A DNA stretch of 64,000 nt from Giardia intestinalis (Eukaryota), in NCBI GenBank assembly GCA_000002435.2, contig CM018793.1. The stretch is one strand, 5' to 3'. Of this stretch, positions 62,951-64,000 are shown in pieces. The notes under the pieces were generated by a model. The model searched no databases, had not been told where the DNA came from, and was given only the letters and a program-made list of their open reading frames with translations. How positions within the stretch are numbered: the first letter of the stretch is position 1; every line of letters starts with the position of its first letter. A program made the position numbers and the translations under genes.

Positions 62951-64000
62951 TTATTTTATGAAGTTGCTAGGCTTAGGTAGATTTAAGTGTGAAGCGAGCG
63001 GAACATACATTGGAATGCTGTGAGCATAATCGCTACCGTCGAGGTGCTTGCTGCCATTATCCTCCTCGTCCTCGTCCTCGTCTTCCTCGTCCCCTTCGGG
63101 ATCAGGGTTTAGATCGTGTTCATCCCCATCTTCGTCAGCGTCTAAATACATCCCAAGGCCATCTATCCGATAATCATCAGCGTGGTAACCGCGGGGAGTG
63201 GGATATCTCTGAGACAAGTACATAGAGTACAGCATGGCTATGTCGAGGATGCTGTTCTCAACGGCGACATTCTTGAACCCGCGTGTTTCATAGACATCTG
63301 GGATTGGAAAGTAAGCAGGCGGGAAAACGTAGGATGCATGCGTCCTTGCCTGTATTTCATTGGCCCACTTTTCCAAGCTTCTAATGGAAAACAACTTGCT
63401 GAAGGGAGACTCCTGCTTTATTTTCTCTAGTATTTGATACTGGTCTTGAGGAGGGTACTCAATCCCACTGTCTCTCCCTCTGCGACCGTCGATGTGCATG
63501 AGGAATGCGTTGTGAGTATAGTCACCATCATCACAGAGTAAGTGAGCAGGAACCAGAACCGAATTTGAAACATTTCCGTCCATTGTACTAGCTATTAAGG
63601 AATCTACGTAAGAAAATAGTTCATGGGGCTCGCAGACTGCATAGGAATTGCCTTTAAAGGTGGATTGATGAGGGTTGTTGTAGGATCCGGATATTCCCAG
63701 TGACGACCCAGTGCTTTGAACCGGGAACTCGTCACCACCGAAGACTCCACTGTGGCCGTGGTGTGCCTGTAGGGATGCTGTGCTAGAAATGGATGAAAGC
63801 TCCGGAGACTTAAGCGTGTCTATATAGTCAGATGTATGGATGATTCCCTCCTTGTTCGACACCTTGATCAATGAATAGTTAGATGTGTCGTGCAGCACCT
63901 TCATGTGGCGCTCGTACTTCCTTTTGGAGCCCAAAAGTCGTTGGAGGTGCTTGTATTCTTCTTGTGGAATCTTAGCCTGTAGCTGTGCTGACTGGGCCTT
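62951..64000 (-). CDS. Hypothetical protein that may be 5'-partial at the window edge. It has an acidic D/E-rich region near the C-terminus.
   Basis: The track ORF start at 63934 is TTG. The minus-strand frame stays open, with no stop, to position 64000. The upstream translation looks protein-like (QAKIPQEEYKHLQRLLGSKRKY). An internal ATG at 63904 is the alternative start. The acidic run is DEDGDEHDLNPDPEGDEEDEDEDEED. Confidence 0.45.
   Translation of the reverse strand, partial: KAQSAQLQAKIPQEEYKHLQRLLGSKRKYERHMKVLHDTSNYSLIKVSNKEGIIHTSDYIDTLKSPELSSISSTASLQAHHGHSGVFGGDEFPVQSTGSSLGISGSYNNPHQSTFKGNSYAVCEPHELFSYVDSLIASTMDGNVSNSVLVPAHLLCDDGDYTHNAFLMHIDGRRGRDSGIEYPPQDQYQILEKIKQESPFSKLFSIRSLEKWANEIQARTHASYVFPPAYFPIPDVYETRGFKNVAVENSILDIAMLYSMYLSQRYPTPRGYHADDYRIDGLGMYLDADEDGDEHDLNPDPEGDEEDEDEDEEDNGSKHLDGSDYAHSIPMYVPLASHLNLPKPSNFIK

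Noticed and set aside
13-63934. Track ORF starts at 13, 36795, 50297, 52604, 57294 and 63934.
   Set aside because: These are TTG or GTG codons. The track evidently accepts bacterial-style starts. For a eukaryote I moved each start to the first in-frame ATG, or marked the ORF as edge-partial.
1-64000. A prokaryotic defence island or operon-type system.
   Set aside because: There are no Shine-Dalgarno-spaced operons. The proteins are hallmark eukaryotic: ankyrin/coiled-coil giants, a NEK kinase, NOG2, adaptin and an RH domain. Initiators are AT-rich directly before ATG starts, and there is an AGTRAAY-type poly(A) signal.
1-64000. Mobile elements or retrotransposons.
   Set aside because: No reverse-transcriptase, integrase, or transposase-like ORFs were recognised, and no terminal repeats. 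The only repeats are the intragenic coiled-coil array and a 14-bp triplet.

Overview
Summary: This window is dense, intron-poor eukaryotic protein-coding DNA with genes on both strands and very short spacers of roughly 13-170 bp. The spacers are AT-rich immediately before start codons, and one carries an AGTGAAT poly(A)-type signal. The gene content is multiple ankyrin-repeat plus coiled-coil proteins, a NEK-like kinase, a kinase-like pseudokinase and a Cys-rich CxxC membrane protein, with no introns or mobile elements seen. That combination points to a diplomonad such as Giardia; this is an inference, not a database hit. There are no prokaryotic signatures, CRISPR arrays, rRNA or tRNA. The dominant feature is a single 24.1-kb ORF (11194..35301, minus strand, 8035 aa) encoding N-terminal ankyrin repeats followed by a giant coiled coil. 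About 20 kb of it is a tandem array of 13 nearly identical units of two lengths, 1509 and 1698 bp, interleaved in a mosaic order. A second giant low-complexity gene of 3049 aa sits immediately downstream on the same strand. Other genes recognised by direct sequence similarity are a NOG2/GNL2 nucleolar GTPase, an adaptin N-terminal (beta-adaptin-like) protein, a protein with a Rubicon-homology-like Cys-rich C-terminus, a large TPR-containing protein and several hypotheticals. Several track ORF starts are TTG or GTG; I moved these to the first in-frame ATG. Fine-scale coordinates of short motifs were counted by hand and may be off by +/-1-2 nt.
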